Source: Nemertoderma westbladi (Eukaryota; Animalia; Xenacoelomorpha). From it: a stretch of 51,113 nucleotides of DNA. This document shows, piece after piece, positions 48,009-51,113 of the stretch. Both the position numbers and the translations under genes were made by a program. The stretch covers positions 1-51,113 of the forward strand of contig JAUCBJ010006392.1 in NCBI GenBank assembly GCA_032718475.1. Reading direction: 5' to 3'. Below the pieces are notes generated by a model. That model did not search any database, was not told where the DNA came from, and saw only the letters and a program-made list of their open reading frames with translations. Position 1 is the first letter of the stretch, and every line of letters starts with the position of its first letter.

Positions 48009-51000
48009 GGGTTAGATAGGCAGTAGATAGAGGGGGGGGGGGTAGATAGGCAGTAGATATGATGTGGGTAGATAGGCAGTAGATAGGAGGGGGGGTTAGA
48101 TAGGATGTGGGTAGATAGGCAGTAGATAGGAGGGGGGTAGGTAGGCAGTAGATAGGAGGGGGGGTAGATAGGCAGTATATAGGAGGTGGGTAGATAGGCA
48201 GTAGATAGGAGGTGGGTAGATAGGCAGTAGATAGAGGAGGGGTAGATAGGCAGTATATAGGAGGTGGGTAGATAGGCAGTAGATAGGAGGGGGGTAGATA
48301 GGCAGTAGATAGGAGGGGGGGGTAGATATGAAGTAGATAGGAGGGGGGGGGTAGATAGGCAGTAGATAGGATGGGGGTAGATAGGCAGTAGATAGGAGGG
48401 GGGTAGATAGGCAGTAGATAGGAGGGGGTAGATAGGCAGTAGATAGGTGGGGGAGGGGGGTTAGATAGGCAGTAGATAGGAGGGGGGTTAGATAGGCAGT
48501 AGATAGGAGGGGGGGTTAGATAGGCAGTAGATAGGAGGGGGTTAGATAGGCAGTAGATAGGAGGGGGGTTAGATAGGCAGTAGATAGGAGGGGGGCGGGG
48601 GGGGGGTAGATATGCAGTAGATAGGAAGGGGGGGGGGGTAGATAGGCAGTAGATATGAGGGGGGGGGTAGATAGGCAGTATATAGGAGGTGGGTAGATAG
48701 GCAGTAGATAGGAGGGGGGGGGGGGTAGATAGGCAGTAGATAGGAGGGGGGTAGATAGGCAGTAGATAGGAGGGGGGGTAGATAGGCAGTAGATAGGAGG
48801 GGGGGTAGATAGGCAGTAGATAGGTAGTAGATAGGAGGGGGGGGGGGTAGATAGGCAGTAGATAGGAGGGGGGTAGATAGGCAGTAGATAGGAGGGGGAG
48901 GTAGATAGACAGTAGATAGGAGGGGGGTAGATATGCAGTAGATAGGAGGGGGGTAGATAGGCAGTAGATAGGAGGGGTGTAGATAGGCAGTAGATAGGAG
49001 GGGGGAGGTAGATAGGCAGTAGATAGGATGGGGGGGTAGATAGGCAGTAGATAGGAGGGGGGTAGATATGCAGTAGATAGGAGGGGGGTAGATAGGCAGT
49101 AGATAGGAGGGGTGTAGATAGGCAGTAGATAGGAGGGGGAGGTAGATAGGCAGTAGATAGGCAGTAGATAGGAGGGGGGGTAGATAGGCAGTAGATAGGA
49201 GGGGGGTAGATAGGCAGTAGATAGGAGGGGGGAGGTAGATAGACAGTAGATAGGAGGGGGGTAGATATGCAGTAGATAGGAGGGGGGTAGATAGGCAGTA
49301 GATAGGAGGGGTGTAGATAGGCAGTAGATAGGAGGGGGGAGGTAGATAGGCAGTAGATAGGATGGGGGGTAGATAGGCAGTAGATAGGAGGGGGGTAGAT
49401 ATGCAGTAGATAGGAGGGGGGTAGATAGGCAGTAGATAGGAGGGGTGTAGATAGGAAGTAGATAGGAGCGGGGTATATAGGCAGTAGATAGGATGGTGGT
49501 AGATAGGCAGTAGATAGGTGGGGGTAGATAGGCAGTAGATAGGTGGGGGGTAGATAGGCAGTAGATAGGAGGGGGGTAGATAGGCAGTAGATAGGAGGGG
49601 GGGTAGATAGGCAGTAGATATGAGGGGGAGGGGGTTAGATAGGCAGTAGATAGGAGGGGGGTTAGATAGGCAGTAGATAGGAGGGGGGTAGATAGGCAGT
49701 AGATAGGAGGGGAGATAGGCAGTAGATAGGAGGGGGGTTAGATAGGCAGTAGATAGGAGGGGGGTTAGATAGGCAGTAGATAGGGGGGGTAGATATGCAG
49801 TAGATAGGAGGGGGGGGGGGGATAGATAGGCAGTAGATATGAGGGGGGTAGATAGGCAGTAGATAGGAGGGGGGTAGATAGGCAGTATATAGGAGGTGGG
49901 TAGATAGGCAGTAGATAGGAGGGGGGGTAGATAGGCAGTAGATAGGAGGGGGGGGGTGATAGGCAGTAGATAGGAGGGGGGTAGATAGGCAGTAGATAGG
50001 AGGGGGGTAGATAGGCAGTAGATAGGACGGGGGAGGTAGATAGGCAGTAGATAGGAGCGGGGTAGATATGCAGTAGATAGGAGGGGGGTAGATAGGCAGT
50101 CGATATGAGGGGGGTAGATAGGCAGTAGATATGAGGGGGGGGGGGGTAGATAGGCAGTAGATAGGAGGGGGGGGGGTAGATAGGCAGTAGATAGGAGGGG
50201 GTAGATAGGCAGTAGATAGGAAGGGGGAGGTAGATAGGCAGTAGATAGGAGCGGGGTAGATATGCAGTAGATAGGAGGGGGGAGGTAGGCAGTCGATATG
50301 AGGGGGGTAGATAGGCAGTAGATAGGAGGGGGGGTGATAGGCAGTAGATAGGAGGGGGGTAGATAGGCAGTAGATAGGAGGGGGGTAGATAGGCAGTAGA
50401 TAGGAAGGGGGAGGTAGATAGGCAGTAGATAGGAGCGGGGTAGATATGCAGTAGATAGGAGGGGGGTAGATAGGCAGTCTATATGAGGGGGGTAGATAGG
50501 CAGTAGATATGAGGGGGGGGTAGATAGGCAGTAGATAGGAGGGGGGGTAGATAGGCAGTAGATAGGAGGGGGGTAGATAGGCAGTAGATAGGAAGGGGGA
50601 GGTAGATAGGCAGTAGATAGGAGCGGGGTAGATAGGCAGTAGATAGGAGGGGGGGTAGATAGGCAGTAGATAGGAAGGGGGAGGTAGATAGGCAGTAGAT
50701 AGGAGCGGGGTAGATATGCAGTAGATAGGAGGGGGGTAGATAGGCAGACGATATGAGGGGGTAGATAGGCAGTAGATAGGAGGGGGGAGGTAGATAGGCA
50801 GTAGATAGGATGGGGGGGGGTTACATAGGCAGTAGGTAGGAGGGGGGTAGATATGCAGTAGATAGGAGGGGGTAGATAGGCAGTAGATAGGAGGGATGTA
50901 GATAGGCAGTAGATAGGAGCGGGGTAGATAGGCAGTAGATAGGAGGGTGGTAGATAGGCAGTAGATAAGTGGGGGGTAGATAGGCAGTAGATAGGTGGGG

Positions 51001-51113
51001 GGTAGATAGGCAGTAGAGATGAGGGGGGGTAGATAGGCAGTAGACAGGAGGGAGGGGTAGATAGGCAGTAGATAGGAGGGGGGTAGATTGGCAGTAGATA
51101 TGAGGGGGGGTTA
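48009..51113 (+). repeat. G-rich ~26-bp satellite (gtagataggcagtagatagga + variable G run), more than 110 copies, continuing beyond the window
   Basis: Read directly; strong purine/G strand bias and G-run length varies between copies. Confidence 0.95.

Overview
Repeat-rich eukaryotic (metazoan-like) genomic DNA with spliceosomal GT-AG introns. Two minus-strand host genes can be reconstructed by hand. The first is a 2-exon BLOC1S5/Muted-like gene (45941->42730, 224 aa). The second starts only 159 bp downstream on the same strand: an 8-exon TMF1 golgin gene (42570->5601, 4830-nt CDS, 1609 aa, all splice phases consistent). The tight same-strand spacing, an AATAAA overlapping the upstream stop codon and AG acceptors just before both ATGs suggest an operon-like or bicistronic unit. 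Every TMF1 intron contains a tandem array. Two of them (about 100 x ~60 bp in intron 2, about 210 x 33 bp in intron 6) are built from the host gene's own exon end plus 5' splice site. Two others amplify conserved LINE ORF2 motifs: the RT catalytic FADD motif (about 70 copies) and an NPxxFW-like linker motif (about 12 copies). TMF1 exon 1 carries an in-frame 15-aa repeat (23 copies) rich in S-P-x-R motifs. The rest is transposon debris: RTE, CRE-like and other LINE fragments, Copia, a Penelope-like GIY-YIG remnant with a minimal hammerhead, hAT-like elements and MITEs (several nested, with readable TSDs), a 1-kb foldback and a G-rich satellite running off the right end. All homology calls come from motif recognition, not database searches, and copy numbers are estimates from span divided by period.
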